From assembly GCA_963727455.1 (NCBI GenBank), contig CAVSGG010000008.1, forward strand, positions 64,001 through 128,000: a stretch of 64,000 nt of DNA, in the 5' to 3' direction. This DNA comes from Candidatus Krumholzibacteriota bacterium. Its GTDB lineage: Bacteria; Krumholzibacteriota; Krumholzibacteriia; JAJRXK01. Of this stretch, positions 39,664 to 49,540 are shown piece by piece (the first letter of the stretch is position 1; every line of letters begins with the position of its first letter). A program made the translations under genes and the position numbers. The notes beneath the pieces are model-generated. The model saw only the letters and a list, made by a program, of their open reading frames with translations, made no database searches and was not told where the DNA came from.

Positions 39664-40094
39664 GAATTCACTCCTCTATCCGTTTCGACACCTGCGCCTG
39701 CGCCTACCCGCATGCGGCCAGTCAGAGCATAGTACACGATGGCGATCAGGCCTCCCGCCGAACTTCCTACGAGGTCGGCCGCGTAGTCCGTGAGAGAGGT
39801 CGTGCGCCCGGGAATCAGCCGCTGGTAATTCTCATCCACTGCTCCCATGAAGATCACGACCAGAATCACCCAGATCCAAGCTCCAAGAGGGCTCTTGCCC
39901 TGCGCTCGGAAAAGGCGAAAGGAGAGAAAGCCCAAAATCGAGTACTCGATGCCATGGGCCAAATAGTCCTTCACGGAAAAGCCGACCTTCTGCAGGGTCG
40001 GCTCGGGAATCGAAGATACGGCCAGAATCACCGCCATCCAGATGATGAGCGGGATTCGGTAGTGGAGGGTAGAAGTCGCGTTTCCTGCTGTCAA
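39660..40094 (-). CDS. VanZ-family membrane protein
   Basis: W...I...SSIP, HGIEY..LG, DE.YQ..IPGR and D..AD..G. Confidence 0.85.
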   Translation of the reverse strand: MTAGNATSTLHYRIPLIIWMAVILAVSSIPEPTLQKVGFSVKDYLAHGIEYSILGFLSFRLFRAQGKSPLGAWIWVILVVIFMGAVDENYQRLIPGRTTSLTDYAADLVGSSAGGLIAIVYYALTGRMRVGAGAGVETDRGVNS

Positions 40095-40112
40095 GACGGC
40101 CCGCCAATGCGC

Positions 40113-40976
40113 TCAAGGACGCAGGTTGGGAAAGGGACGGTCCGGCACGAAGCCGTCGATCCCCAGGAGCGCCAGCCCACTCAACGCGAGCGCGGCGGGC
40201 ATGTGCTTATTGTCGAAGCGGAAGGCGTCCAGATTCAGAGCTGCCGAACGCAAACTCCTGCGCGCGGCATTGGAGATGCTCGGTGCGGCGGCGAGAACGA
40301 TTCCACCCCCGGGCGGACCGGCCGGACCGAAGCTGAAGCGCTTCGGGTCGATGATACCATCCTCGATGGCACGCCGCAGATCACTCTCTCTCACGATGGC
40401 CAGGTCGTAGCCCCCGTGGGCCAGGGCGCAGAGCGCCTCCTCGTGATCGTAGACGTCATGGCCGCTCGCTACCTCGGAGAAGCCGGAGTCCAAGGGATGG
40501 CCGTGATCCGCCAGGTATTTGCTCGCGCCCTTGCCACCCATCCACGACCAGGAGTCCCCCAGGATCAACCGTGGCTTGGCAAGCTCGAACCAACGCTTGC
40601 CCTGAGGGAATACCAGATAGGGCCGCTCGTAGGCTGCATCCAGGCCCGGGCCTTTGGCGCGCGCGAGGATTTCAAAGCCCGTCGAATCCGCGAGGAGGGT
40701 AGCCGGCAGCAGGAAGAGCCGCGCCTTGGAGAGTTCCCCGGGCAGCTCGGAGGCCGTGACCACCTTGGGCACCACGCTACGCCTCAGCTGTTGCGAGAGG
40801 TATTCGCAGAGCGGCTTCACCGCGCGTAGGGTGCGCGTTCGCCCTCCACCTTCCAGCACAGTGAGTTGCACCGATCCCGGCAGCTGAGGATCGTGCCAGG
40901 GCAAGAAAGTACTGAGCGCCGCAATTACCACGAGTCCGAAAATGACCCAAGTTCCCACTTCGCCGACTCGCTTCAT
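40113..40976 (-). CDS. PhnD-like periplasmic substrate-binding-fold protein
   Basis: N-terminal anchor; PL.EYLS..L.R.V, D..S..G and H.E.L.AL..G.YDLA resemble phosphonate-binding proteins. Confidence 0.55.
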   Translation of the reverse strand: MKRVGEVGTWVIFGLVVIAALSTFLPWHDPQLPGSVQLTVLEGGGRTRTLRAVKPLCEYLSQQLRRSVVPKVVTASELPGELSKARLFLLPATLLADSTGFEILARAKGPGLDAAYERPYLVFPQGKRWFELAKPRLILGDSWSWMGGKGASKYLADHGHPLDSGFSEVASGHDVYDHEEALCALAHGGYDLAIVRESDLRRAIEDGIIDPKRFSFGPAGPPGGGIVLAAAPSISNAARRSLRSAALNLDAFRFDNKHMPAALALSGLALLGIDGFVPDRPFPNLRP

Positions 40977-41899
40977 TGCTTGCCGTTCCCCCCATCGACG
41001 ATTACCTGGAAACTGGGAGGGTCGACCGTGGTGGAGATGACTCCATCGGGTACTTTGACCTTGGGTTCGATCTGATACACTCCACCTTTCGCTTCTTCGA
41101 AGTGCACTACGACACTGAGGTCCTTCTGGGTGATCGCGGCGAGAAGGTGCGCCGGGCCCTTCAGCCGAAGCTTGGCGGTTCGCGGCTGCACGTATACGCG
41201 TGAGGTGTCCACCTGGTCGCTCACCACGCCAATGGGCACGTTGATGAAGCTACGGTCGATGATCTCGTCGATGGCGACGGAGACGTCGGCTTCCACCGGT
41301 AGGAGCACGAGGTCGGCATCGGGGCTGACCAAACGTACGGTTTCACGGAATGAGCGGCGCCGCTTGGAAATCTTGAGCGGCTGTGTATTGACGTGATCGA
41401 GCGAAGCCACCAAGGGAGCCGCACCTTCCACTTTCACTTGTGGTGGGGTCGCTTCCGGCTTCCCGGCCAGAATCAATCCCTCGTCCAGCTTACCGGACAA
41501 AACGACTCGAACCGGAACCGAGGCTTGCGCCTTGGGATAGATCCTGAGGTGCAGCGCGGTGGGGCTCTCGACCGAGAGCGGCGTGCCCCCGTCGACCACC
41601 TCCCGCACCGAGATGTCGTGGTGAAATTCGCCAACGCTCACCGAGGAGAGATCGACCTCCACCTTGCCCCGGCCCTTGTTCAGAAGATCGTGGAGCAGAC
41701 GTTCCAATTTCGATTCTCGGAGCCTTACCCAGATCACTTCTGGCGCCTTGGAGGCCCGAATCGCCAAACTGTCCGGCAAACCGGTAAGTTCCAGAGGCAA
41801 TTCCACGACCTTCTCCACGTCCTGCTGGGCCGCGGCCTGCGCCCAAAGCACGAGGGCAAGGAGCACGCAAACGATTTTGACACTGAGGTTACGGGTCAT
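40973..41899 (-). CDS. YbbR/CdaR-like repeat protein
   Basis: N...KI..VLLA.VLW anchor, then three YbbR-like domains (VPVRV, P.QVKVEG, P...K.RLKGP). Confidence 0.85.
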   Translation of the reverse strand: MTRNLSVKIVCVLLALVLWAQAAAQQDVEKVVELPLELTGLPDSLAIRASKAPEVIWVRLRESKLERLLHDLLNKGRGKVEVDLSSVSVGEFHHDISVREVVDGGTPLSVESPTALHLRIYPKAQASVPVRVVLSGKLDEGLILAGKPEATPPQVKVEGAAPLVASLDHVNTQPLKISKRRRSFRETVRLVSPDADLVLLPVEADVSVAIDEIIDRSFINVPIGVVSDQVDTSRVYVQPRTAKLRLKGPAHLLAAITQKDLSVVVHFEEAKGGVYQIEPKVKVPDGVISTTVDPPSFQVIVDGGNGKQ

Positions 41900-41931
41900 G
41901 TCTGCATGACCTCAACGCGAAGTACGGTCTA

Positions 41932-43305
41932 TCAAGGGAGAATCAAGTCCTGTCCCACCCGGAGGCTACTCGTTTTGAGATGGTTGAGTTCCCGAATCGT
42001 CACGACGCTCGTGTCGTACACACGTGCGAGATCCCAGAGGGTGTCGCCGCGGCGAACTTTGTGAGTCCGCTGTCTCACGATCTGAGGCTGTCCCTTTTCC
42101 CCGTAACGCTCGCAGTACGCGATGACCGCGCTGGTGATCGCTTTCGCAATTTCCACTTGAGTGCTGCGACGTCTCAGGTGCCTCGCCTCGGCCTTGTTGC
42201 TCAAATACCCGACCTCGACCAAAATCGAGGGCATGGAGAGGGTACGCAGGACCGCAAAGCGCGCCTGTTTGATGAAACGGGTGTCCATGCTGGAAACTCC
42301 TCCGAGATGCTCCAGCGTAAGCTCCGCGAACTGACCACTCCGGCGCAGAATTCCCGAGGACTGCAGGTCCATGAGGATCGACATCATGGTGTCGTCCACC
42401 TGATCTGTGGCGCCCATCCCCACCATGTGCGCGGCGTTCTCGCGGTTCGCCAACTCAGCGGCGGCCTGGTCGGTCGCTCCGCGGGGTGAGAGAAAATAAA
42501 TCTCCACTCCGTGCGCCCGTGAGGAACGGGCACTGTTGGCGTGGATGCTCAAGAACAAGTCCCCCTGATGCCGTCGCGCGATCTGCACCCGTCCGTGAAG
42601 GTCGACGAAGCGATCGTCGCTGCGGGTCAGGATGACCTTGAAGTTGGTCCGCGCGCGCAGCTCCTCGGCCATGTACTTCGCGATGTTCAGGACCAGGTCC
42701 TTTTCGCGGATCACTCCACAGCCGCGCGTACCAGGGTCCTTTCCACCGTGACCGGGGTCGATGACGATCACATAGGGATGACCCTCTCCCGGTGCATGCA
42801 GGGTCGGTGAACTCGCACGGCTCGCCTCGGCCTGCTTGCCAGAAGGGCTCGAGTCCTCAGAAGCGCCCCTGTCCGTGCTCGCAAGTTGCGCCACCTGCGG
42901 TTCGGAGCTGTCACTCACGTCGACTACCACGCGCGGAGGTTGCGAGCCCGAGGCGGCCAAGCTGAAGTGGGAATAGGGCAGTTGACTCTCGAGATCGAGG
43001 ACAACCTGAAGGCGATTGCGAAGATCGTTGAAGCGCACTCTCTTTACCCGCCGCTGATCCAGCTCTACCGCGCTCATGTTGAGCTTCGCGGAATGCGGAA
43101 ATTCCAGCACGATCCGTTCGGGATTGTGCACGCGTCGGATGCGATACTGGCTCACCTGACTCAGGTCGAGCACGATCCGCGTACGCTCGTCCGAGCTGGA
43201 ATGGCGTACACGCAAGAGCTGCGCGGCCGACGCATCCAGCGTGACGCACACGCTCCAAATGAGAGCGAGCGAGACGAGAAAGAGCTTCTTGATCATGTGT
43301 TGCAC
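41932..43305 (-). CDS. N-acetylmuramoyl-L-alanine amidase (AMIN + Amidase_3 + LysM)
   Basis: TRIVLDL, IDPGHGGKDPG, EKDLVL, SIHANS, SILVEVGYLSN and HKVRRGDTLW. Confidence 0.95.
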   Translation of the reverse strand: MQHMIKKLFLVSLALIWSVCVTLDASAAQLLRVRHSSSDERTRIVLDLSQVSQYRIRRVHNPERIVLEFPHSAKLNMSAVELDQRRVKRVRFNDLRNRLQVVLDLESQLPYSHFSLAASGSQPPRVVVDVSDSSEPQVAQLASTDRGASEDSSPSGKQAEASRASSPTLHAPGEGHPYVIVIDPGHGGKDPGTRGCGVIREKDLVLNIAKYMAEELRARTNFKVILTRSDDRFVDLHGRVQIARRHQGDLFLSIHANSARSSRAHGVEIYFLSPRGATDQAAAELANRENAAHMVGMGATDQVDDTMMSILMDLQSSGILRRSGQFAELTLEHLGGVSSMDTRFIKQARFAVLRTLSMPSILVEVGYLSNKAEARHLRRRSTQVEIAKAITSAVIAYCERYGEKGQPQIVRQRTHKVRRGDTLWDLARVYDTSVVTIRELNHLKTSSLRVGQDLILP

Positions 43306-43332
43306 GGAGGATGGCTGAATCCTCTCGGCGGC

Positions 43333-43361
43333 AGCCTAGATAGCCGATGCGAGCCTGTCAA
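43333..43361 (-). promoter_or_regulatory. Sigma70-type promoter of the amidase operon
   Basis: TTGACA-17 nt-TAGGCT. Confidence 0.55.
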
Positions 43362-43412
43362 TGTCGGGACGCGCTAAGAAGTCAATTCCAGAACTATTTC
43401 GGTGGCTTCGGC

Positions 43413-44327
43413 TCAGTCGCGGATGATGAAGAGGAAGGGATTCTCGGTCTTGCCGTTCTGCACCACTTCGTAGTGGACGTGCGGTCCAGTGCTACGACCG
43501 GTATTTCCCACGTAACCAATGAGATCGCCGCGATGGACGTGCTGCCCCTTGTGCACTGTGAAACCGTTCAGATGACCGTAGCGTGTGTGCACACCGCTCC
43601 CGTGGTCCAGCTCCACCATCTTCCCCATACGGCCACGCCGCGAAGCGCGCACCACCACTCCGTCCGCGGTTGCGTGGACCGGAGTGCCAATGGGGGCCGA
43701 AAAGTCCACGCCGTTGTGGAAGGCAGGTCGTCCGGTGAAGGGATCAATGCGCCTGCCGTAGCGGCTGGACAGATAGCCGCGCTGCAGAGGACGAATACTG
43801 GGAGTGGCCTCGCGCGCGAGTTGATCATCCTGGAGGACGCGGAGTACCTGCTGGTAGCTCTCCTCCTGGAAACGGGCCTGCCGAAGCAGTTTGTCGAGCT
43901 GGTCGGAGACCTCGCTCAGACGTTCCCGGCTCAGGGGCGTCAGGCTTTCCACGGAGGGATCCGGTGTCGGCTCCGGCCCCCCCACTCCCATTTGGATGAC
44001 CGTCTTGTCCAGAGTGCCCAGTCCGGCCAGGAGGTTGGCTCGCTCCAGGAGCTCGAAATTGCGATTCATCTGAGCTTCGTAGTCGGCCGACTTTTCCTGC
44101 AGTTGGGTGATCTTGGTCTGCAGCGCCCTGATTTCGCGGCCGCGACGTCCCTCGTCGTGCATGGCGATGCCCTGGCGCGCGAATCCGACGGTCATCACCC
44201 CAACCATCAGGAAGAGGAGTAGGAGAGCCGCGGCCAGAGCGCTCACTAAGCGCTTGCTGAGCCGCACCGTGCGCACTCCACCTTCCCCGCTCGGGACGTA
44301 GAGGAATGTCCAATGGGAGTTTTTCAT
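43413..44327 (-). CDS. M23-family metallopeptidase
   Basis: TM + coiled coil, PSIRP, HNGVDF, TRYGHL and GNTGRSTGPHVHYEV. Confidence 0.95.
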   Translation of the reverse strand: MKNSHWTFLYVPSGEGGVRTVRLSKRLVSALAAALLLLFLMVGVMTVGFARQGIAMHDEGRRGREIRALQTKITQLQEKSADYEAQMNRNFELLERANLLAGLGTLDKTVIQMGVGGPEPTPDPSVESLTPLSRERLSEVSDQLDKLLRQARFQEESYQQVLRVLQDDQLAREATPSIRPLQRGYLSSRYGRRIDPFTGRPAFHNGVDFSAPIGTPVHATADGVVVRASRRGRMGKMVELDHGSGVHTRYGHLNGFTVHKGQHVHRGDLIGYVGNTGRSTGPHVHYEVVQNGKTENPFLFIIRD

Positions 44328-44403
44328 CGTTTCGTGATTGGAGCTCTGTTGGCGGTCGTTCGCGGTTTGGGTTCGTGCGGGGCCTGATCCGAAGAGCCGC
44401 GCT

Positions 44404-44432
44404 ACGTTACGCAGGCCCTCGCGGCTTGTCAA
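44404..44432 (-). promoter_or_regulatory. Sigma70-type promoter of the M23 gene
   Basis: TTGACA-17 nt-TAACGT. Confidence 0.5.
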
Positions 44433-44526
44433 GCCGGCCCCACCGGTCCAACGCGGATCAGCAAAAGATGTTCCAAGAAATTCCGCCCCACTCCCGGCGC
44501 TGGCCGGAGGCGCCCAATCGCGCCCC

Positions 44527-45393
44527 TCAGCCCTCGTCGTAGTGCATTCGCAGAACCTCGCATTCTTGGTCGGCTTCGCGCAGACGTCGCAGAGCACGCT
44601 CCTTGAGCTGGCGGATTCGCTCACGGGTGAGATTCATCCGCTGGCCAATCTCTTCTAAGGTCAATGAACGTACCTCATTCATGCCGTAATAGAGCTGGAG
44701 AATCTCCGCTTCTCGCTGGGGAAGACCGGTGAGGGCCTTCTCGATGTCGTCGCGGCGGCTCCGCTCCAGAAGGGGCACCTCCGCGCCTCTCTCGGGGCGA
44801 TCGGCCAGGGTCTCGACGTAGCTCCGGCCATCCTCGTCCGAAAGAAGATCATCGAGATACGCCTCGGATTGACCCACGCAGAGCGCCTCGCGGACTTCGG
44901 GCTCGCTATAGCCGCAATCGGCCGCGATCTCGTCGGGCCGCGGATCGCGGCCGAGAACCTGCTGCAGACGTCCCTGCGACTTGGTGACGCGGTGCAGAAC
45001 CGCGGTGCGATTCTGGGGCAGGCGAACTACCCGAGATTGGTCCGAGAGCGCCTGCAGGATGGACTGGCGGATCCACCACACTGCGTAGGAGATGAACTTG
45101 AAGCCCCGCTTCTCGTCGAAGCGATGCGCCGCCTTCATCAGGCCCAGATTGCCCTCGTTGATAAGGTCCTGCAGTGAGAGACCCTGATTCATGTATTGCT
45201 TGGCCACGGTGACCACGAATCGGAGATTCGCGCGCACCATCTCGTGCGCGGCCTCCTCGTCACCGTCGTGAATCCTGCGAGCCAGACGAATTTCGTCGTC
45301 CTTGGTAAGAAGCGGATAGCGTCCGATCTCTCGCAGGTATTGTTCGAGACTGCGTTCGTTCCTTCCTCCACCTCGTGCGCGATGGCGGATCAT
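44527..45393 (-). CDS. RNA polymerase sigma70-family factor (RpoD/RpoS-like, lacking region 1.1)
   Basis: YLREIGRYPLLT, ANLRFVVTVAKQY, DLINEGNLGL, FISYAVWWIRQSI and TLEEIG...LTRERIRQL. Confidence 0.95.
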   Translation of the reverse strand: MIRHRARGGGRNERSLEQYLREIGRYPLLTKDDEIRLARRIHDGDEEAAHEMVRANLRFVVTVAKQYMNQGLSLQDLINEGNLGLMKAAHRFDEKRGFKFISYAVWWIRQSILQALSDQSRVVRLPQNRTAVLHRVTKSQGRLQQVLGRDPRPDEIAADCGYSEPEVREALCVGQSEAYLDDLLSDEDGRSYVETLADRPERGAEVPLLERSRRDDIEKALTGLPQREAEILQLYYGMNEVRSLTLEEIGQRMNLTRERIRQLKERALRRLREADQECEVLRMHYDEG

Positions 45394-45539
45394 GACAAGG
45401 TTCCTGACCTGGGGTACGGATCTCAGCGACCGGCTCGCTGATCGGTTGACTTCACCCCCTCCTTCGACATGGACGGTGGCAAGCCCGCCCTACCGCGTGC
45501 GCTCTGATCGGCGAGATAGAGCGCAGCGGAAATTCACGA

Positions 45540-47111
45540 TCAAGGTTGCTCCGGAGCCTTTTTTGGCGAGGGCTTCGGATCGATTTCGAGATAACTGTTC
45601 ATGTCGCCACGGCGCACCAGAAGTCGTATGGGATTCCCATCCTTCGCTCCCTGGCGCGCCTGCAACTGGATCTGAAAGACTGCGTAGGAATCGTCGTTGC
45701 CCTCCAGCGGCACTCCGTCGAATTCCACGATCAGATCTCCCGGACGAAGTCTCGCCCGGTCGGCGGGACTGTTCTTCCACACTCGCACCACCACGATGCC
45801 TTCCTCGTCCGAAAGATCGAACTCCTCTTTGAGGGTCTGCACCTGCGGATCAGGGCTATCCAGGGGCGCCGCGGTGAATCCGAGCCAGGGCTCGGATTCG
45901 CTTGGATTGCCGTTCGCATCGTGGGAGGCGAGCGCCGCCGCTTCGTCGTATTCGTCCAGCACCACATCGAAGTCGAGCGGTTTGCCGTCGCGCATGACGC
46001 GCAGGTGAGCCTTCGACCCCACTTCGGATTCCGCGACGCGGAAACGCAGGGCCGGGATGTGCTCCACGGGTTCGCCGTTGTACTCAGTGAGAACGTCTCC
46101 CGCCTTCAGCCCCGCGCGCGCGCTCGGGGTGTCGGGAAGGACCTCGGTGATCACCACTCCCTGATCCTCCGGGATCGTCTGGCCCTGTTGGCGCAGGTTC
46201 TCGATCTCCGCCATGGTAATGCCGAGATAGCCGCGCCGTACGCGACCGAACTCACGGATCTGCTGATAGACGTAGCTGGTAAGGCGCGCGGGAATCGCGA
46301 AACCGATGCCCTGACCGGCCCGGTTGATGGCGGTGTTCACTCCGATCACGTCGCCGCTGATGTCCACCAAGGGCCCACCACTGTTGCCGGGATTGATCGC
46401 CGCATCGGTCTGCAGAAAGTTCTGGTAGCGCAGCATGTCCGCGCCCTGGATGGCCAGGTTGGCGCGACCCTTGGCGCTGATGACGCCGACGGTCAGGCTG
46501 CCTTCCAGCTCTCCCAGTGGATTCCCAATGGCGATGGCCCAATCACCCACGCGGATTCCGTCGCTGTCACCGAAGCGCAGATAGTGGAGCTCGTGACCGG
46601 GCTCGACCTTGATGACCGCCAGGTCCGTGGCAGGGTCCGCCCCGACCACTTTGGCCGTCAGGGGTTCGCTCACTCCGGCCAACTTGACGTGAATGTTGTC
46701 GGCGTTCTCGATGACGTGGTTGTTGGTGACGATGTATCCGTCGGATGAGACCACGAAACCCGAACCGGCACCGGGTACGTCGAAGTCCGGATGATGGAAA
46801 TCGCGCCCCTTGGGGAAGAACTCGCGGAACATCTCGCGCAAACTGCTATCGCTACTGGAGCTGTGCACGGTTCGAATGGCAACGACTGCAGGAGTCACGC
46901 GCTCGGCCACCTTGACGAAGGGCGAGTGCGGGGTTTGGGTCGCGGGAACTCCGCCCCCTTCCGCAGCAGTGGCAAGCTTGGTCGAGAAAAAGAGGGAACT
47001 CGCGCACAGTACGAGACTACAAGTGAGCAGCACAGCCAGACCCGCAAGTAACTCAAGCCGCTTGCGCGGAGAGGTCGGGGTATGTGAAAACTTGGCGTAT
47101 TCAGTTTGCAT
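45540..47111 (-). CDS. HtrA/DegQ serine protease with two PDZ domains
   Basis: GSGFVV, TNNHV, TDLAVIK, QTDAAINPGNSGGPL and PDZ motifs. Confidence 0.96.
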   Translation of the reverse strand: MQTEYAKFSHTPTSPRKRLELLAGLAVLLTCSLVLCASSLFFSTKLATAAEGGGVPATQTPHSPFVKVAERVTPAVVAIRTVHSSSSDSSLREMFREFFPKGRDFHHPDFDVPGAGSGFVVSSDGYIVTNNHVIENADNIHVKLAGVSEPLTAKVVGADPATDLAVIKVEPGHELHYLRFGDSDGIRVGDWAIAIGNPLGELEGSLTVGVISAKGRANLAIQGADMLRYQNFLQTDAAINPGNSGGPLVDISGDVIGVNTAINRAGQGIGFAIPARLTSYVYQQIREFGRVRRGYLGITMAEIENLRQQGQTIPEDQGVVITEVLPDTPSARAGLKAGDVLTEYNGEPVEHIPALRFRVAESEVGSKAHLRVMRDGKPLDFDVVLDEYDEAAALASHDANGNPSESEPWLGFTAAPLDSPDPQVQTLKEEFDLSDEEGIVVVRVWKNSPADRARLRPGDLIVEFDGVPLEGNDDSYAVFQIQLQARQGAKDGNPIRLLVRRGDMNSYLEIDPKPSPKKAPEQP

Positions 47112-47271
47112 CGAGCACGACCATCCTACTACTGCTCAACCTCTGACCTCGGCCTGATCCCAAGCCCGGGGGCAAATGCAGCTCGGATCGATCGTCCAGT
47201 GGAACGGAGGAGGTTGGGAGCCTCCTGGCAAGCCCGTTCTAGTTCCAGAATAGCAGCAAGCGCCGGCACGG

Positions 47272-47670
47272 TCAATCTGGACGATCGGTCGCCTCCGCTT
47301 CGGCAGCGCCCTCCTCGGCCTGCTCGGCGCTCCGCTCCGTGGTCTCCTCGGCGCCTTCGGCGGCGGGCTTCGACTTGGACTCCCGCAGCTCCTGCATCTC
47401 CTCCTCGGCCTGATGCAGCTCCTCCTGATGGCGTGCAATCCGGCCCATTTCGGCCCTCACGGTGGCATCCGTGCTCAGAACCGCGTTTTCGTCCTCGCTC
47501 ATCAGGCGGTGCACCAGGCGCCCCAGACGCGCGTAATCCCGTTCGAGATCGCGTGCGATTCCATGGCGGTCGTAGGCCCTCATTCCCAGGCGAGCCAGTC
47601 GATCGGTGCCCTGAGCCGCCTCCTGGAACCAATTCCCCATGCTATGCTTGACGTCTTCCCACGAGTTCAT
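47272..47670 (-). CDS. Hypothetical coiled-coil protein
   Basis: AGGAG RBS; helical content (IARDLERDYARLGRLV) and an acidic tail. Confidence 0.7.
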   Translation of the reverse strand: MNSWEDVKHSMGNWFQEAAQGTDRLARLGMRAYDRHGIARDLERDYARLGRLVHRLMSEDENAVLSTDATVRAEMGRIARHQEELHQAEEEMQELRESKSKPAAEGAEETTERSAEQAEEGAAEAEATDRPD

Positions 47671-47761
47671 GGCATTCTCCTTCCCGCCCGCGGTTGCCCG
47701 CACCCGGGGCTTCGTCTAACCTGCGTTCACGCCGGCGGGGACGTGGACCAGGAATCTCATA

Positions 47762-48511
47762 ATGACAGAAACCGTCTATTTTGCCAGTGACACGCACTTC
47801 GGAGCCATGGCCGCATCGCGCGAACGAGCCCGAATCCAGCGCTTTCTCAACTGGTTGCAGAGTTTGGAGGATGGCTCCGAGCTCATCCTCCTGGGGGATA
47901 TTTTCGACTTCTGGCTGGACTATCCCACCTTCATGCCCAAGACGCACCTGGAGATTCTCTATGGGCTCAGAAAGCTGCAAGACCGCGGCGGGCAGATCTC
48001 TTTCGTGGGGGGAAACCACGACGTTTGGTGCGCGAATTTTCTGCGCGAGGAGCTGGACATCCCCACGCTCGCCAGCGGTACCGTCATCGAGCGGCAGGGA
48101 AGCAAGCTACGGCTGGATCACGGCGACGGCATCCTGAGCGGCGACATCTTCTACCGGGGCTTTCGGGCGGCGGTGCGCAATCCCTTCCTAGTGTTCCTCG
48201 CCAAGTCCCTCCATCCGGAGATCTTGAACTGGCTGGCCAACCAGATTTCCCATGCCTCGCGCAAGAAAGGCAGGAGTTATGGCAAGGCCTTGGACGGGGC
48301 CATTCGGCGCTACGGCGAGCAGCACGATCACTCGGACGTCGACTACCTGGTGATCGGACACATCCATCACCCCTGCAACGAGAGCTTCGATTCCTGGCGT
48401 CTGGTCTGTCTGGGAGATTGGGTGCAGCACCACACCTACGGGCGATTGCGGAATGGAAAACTCGAGGTTCTCACGGCCGAAGAACCCTCCAGCGAGGCCG
48501 TGGGCGCCTGA
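47762..48511 (+). CDS. lpxH: UDP-2,3-diacylglucosamine diphosphatase (LpxH-like metallophosphoesterase)
   Basis: SDTHFG, LLGDIFDFW, GNHD, HGD, GHIH and LGDW. Confidence 0.85.
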   Translation: MTETVYFASDTHFGAMAASRERARIQRFLNWLQSLEDGSELILLGDIFDFWLDYPTFMPKTHLEILYGLRKLQDRGGQISFVGGNHDVWCANFLREELDIPTLASGTVIERQGSKLRLDHGDGILSGDIFYRGFRAAVRNPFLVFLAKSLHPEILNWLANQISHASRKKGRSYGKALDGAIRRYGEQHDHSDVDYLVIGHIHHPCNESFDSWRLVCLGDWVQHHTYGRLRNGKLEVLTAEEPSSEAVGA

Positions 48512-48518
48512 GTGCGAA

Positions 48519-49448
48519 TCAGGGCAGGAAGGCGAAGGACAGCGAGATGCGGTGGTCGTCCGAGAGATCGTTGCCGCTGTCCATGTAGGCGTAATCCACG
48601 CTCAAGCTTCCCGCGTGATAGCCCAGGCCCGCCGTGAGTCCGTAGGAATCGTAGTTGATGCGATAGCCGGCTCGCAGCGCGAAGCTCGAGTGGAGCCTCA
48701 TCTCGCCTCCCACGTGAATACGTCCATTGCCGTCATTGGGCAGCACGAGGTCGGTGGCCAGAGTGAGGTTTTCCGCCATCCCCTCCCCCTCGGTGTGCGG
48801 GGTGTAGCTCGCGCCCAGACGGGTGGTGAGGGGCAGATCGTAGGGTTCTTCCTTCAGGGTCATCTGTCCGCCGAGATTGGCGACGGCCGCGGCCAGGGTC
48901 AGACCGGGGATCTTGCTGCGGTGGCTGATCCCCAGATCCAGGGCCAGGCCCGCGGCGCTGTAGGCATCGATGCGCTCGTACAGGAACTTCCCTACCAGGC
49001 CCAGCGAGAAATCCTTGAATTGGTAGGCGTAGCCCAGGCCCACCGCGAGTTGGTAGGGCTGGAACTCTCCCTGGTACACGCCGATTCGATCCAGAGTGGT
49101 GCGTGGGATGGACTCACTATAGAAGCCACTGAAGATGAGACCGATGGCGCCTTTGGGGAGGCGATGACTCACAGCCGCAGCCTCCTGCCGGAAGAGGCTG
49201 AAATGTTCAACGTGCTGCAGGGTGAGGTTCGTTCCCTCAGCGAGCACGAGGTTGGCAGGGTTGTAGTACATGGCCGTCGCGCCGGTCGACTCGGCAACGC
49301 CCACGTCCCCCATCGCGCCGTTGCGGGCCCCGATACCGAACCTGAGGGAGAGAAATCCCGCGTCCCCGGGATTTCCCGCCCAGGCAGAGGGCGCGATCGC
49401 CAGGAAGACGAAAAGCGTCGCGATGGCGAAACAGGATGATTTGCGCAT
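48519..49448 (-). CDS. PorV-family outer-membrane protein
   Basis: Signal peptide; FLSLRFGIGARNGAMG..., AMYYNPANL, LALDLG, LRAGY and DYAY...HRISLSF. Confidence 0.85.
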   Translation of the reverse strand: MRKSSCFAIATLFVFLAIAPSAWAGNPGDAGFLSLRFGIGARNGAMGDVGVAESTGATAMYYNPANLVLAEGTNLTLQHVEHFSLFRQEAAAVSHRLPKGAIGLIFSGFYSESIPRTTLDRIGVYQGEFQPYQLAVGLGYAYQFKDFSLGLVGKFLYERIDAYSAAGLALDLGISHRSKIPGLTLAAAVANLGGQMTLKEEPYDLPLTTRLGASYTPHTEGEGMAENLTLATDLVLPNDGNGRIHVGGEMRLHSSFALRAGYRINYDSYGLTAGLGYHAGSLSVDYAYMDSGNDLSDDHRISLSFAFLP

Positions 49449-49540
49449 GAGGCTCCCCCAGGGATTCGAATCGCGCCCGCGGCGCGGATTGGAGAATTGA
49501 GTATACAGCTCCCACAGAGACCTTGGCAAAGACCAGCGTC

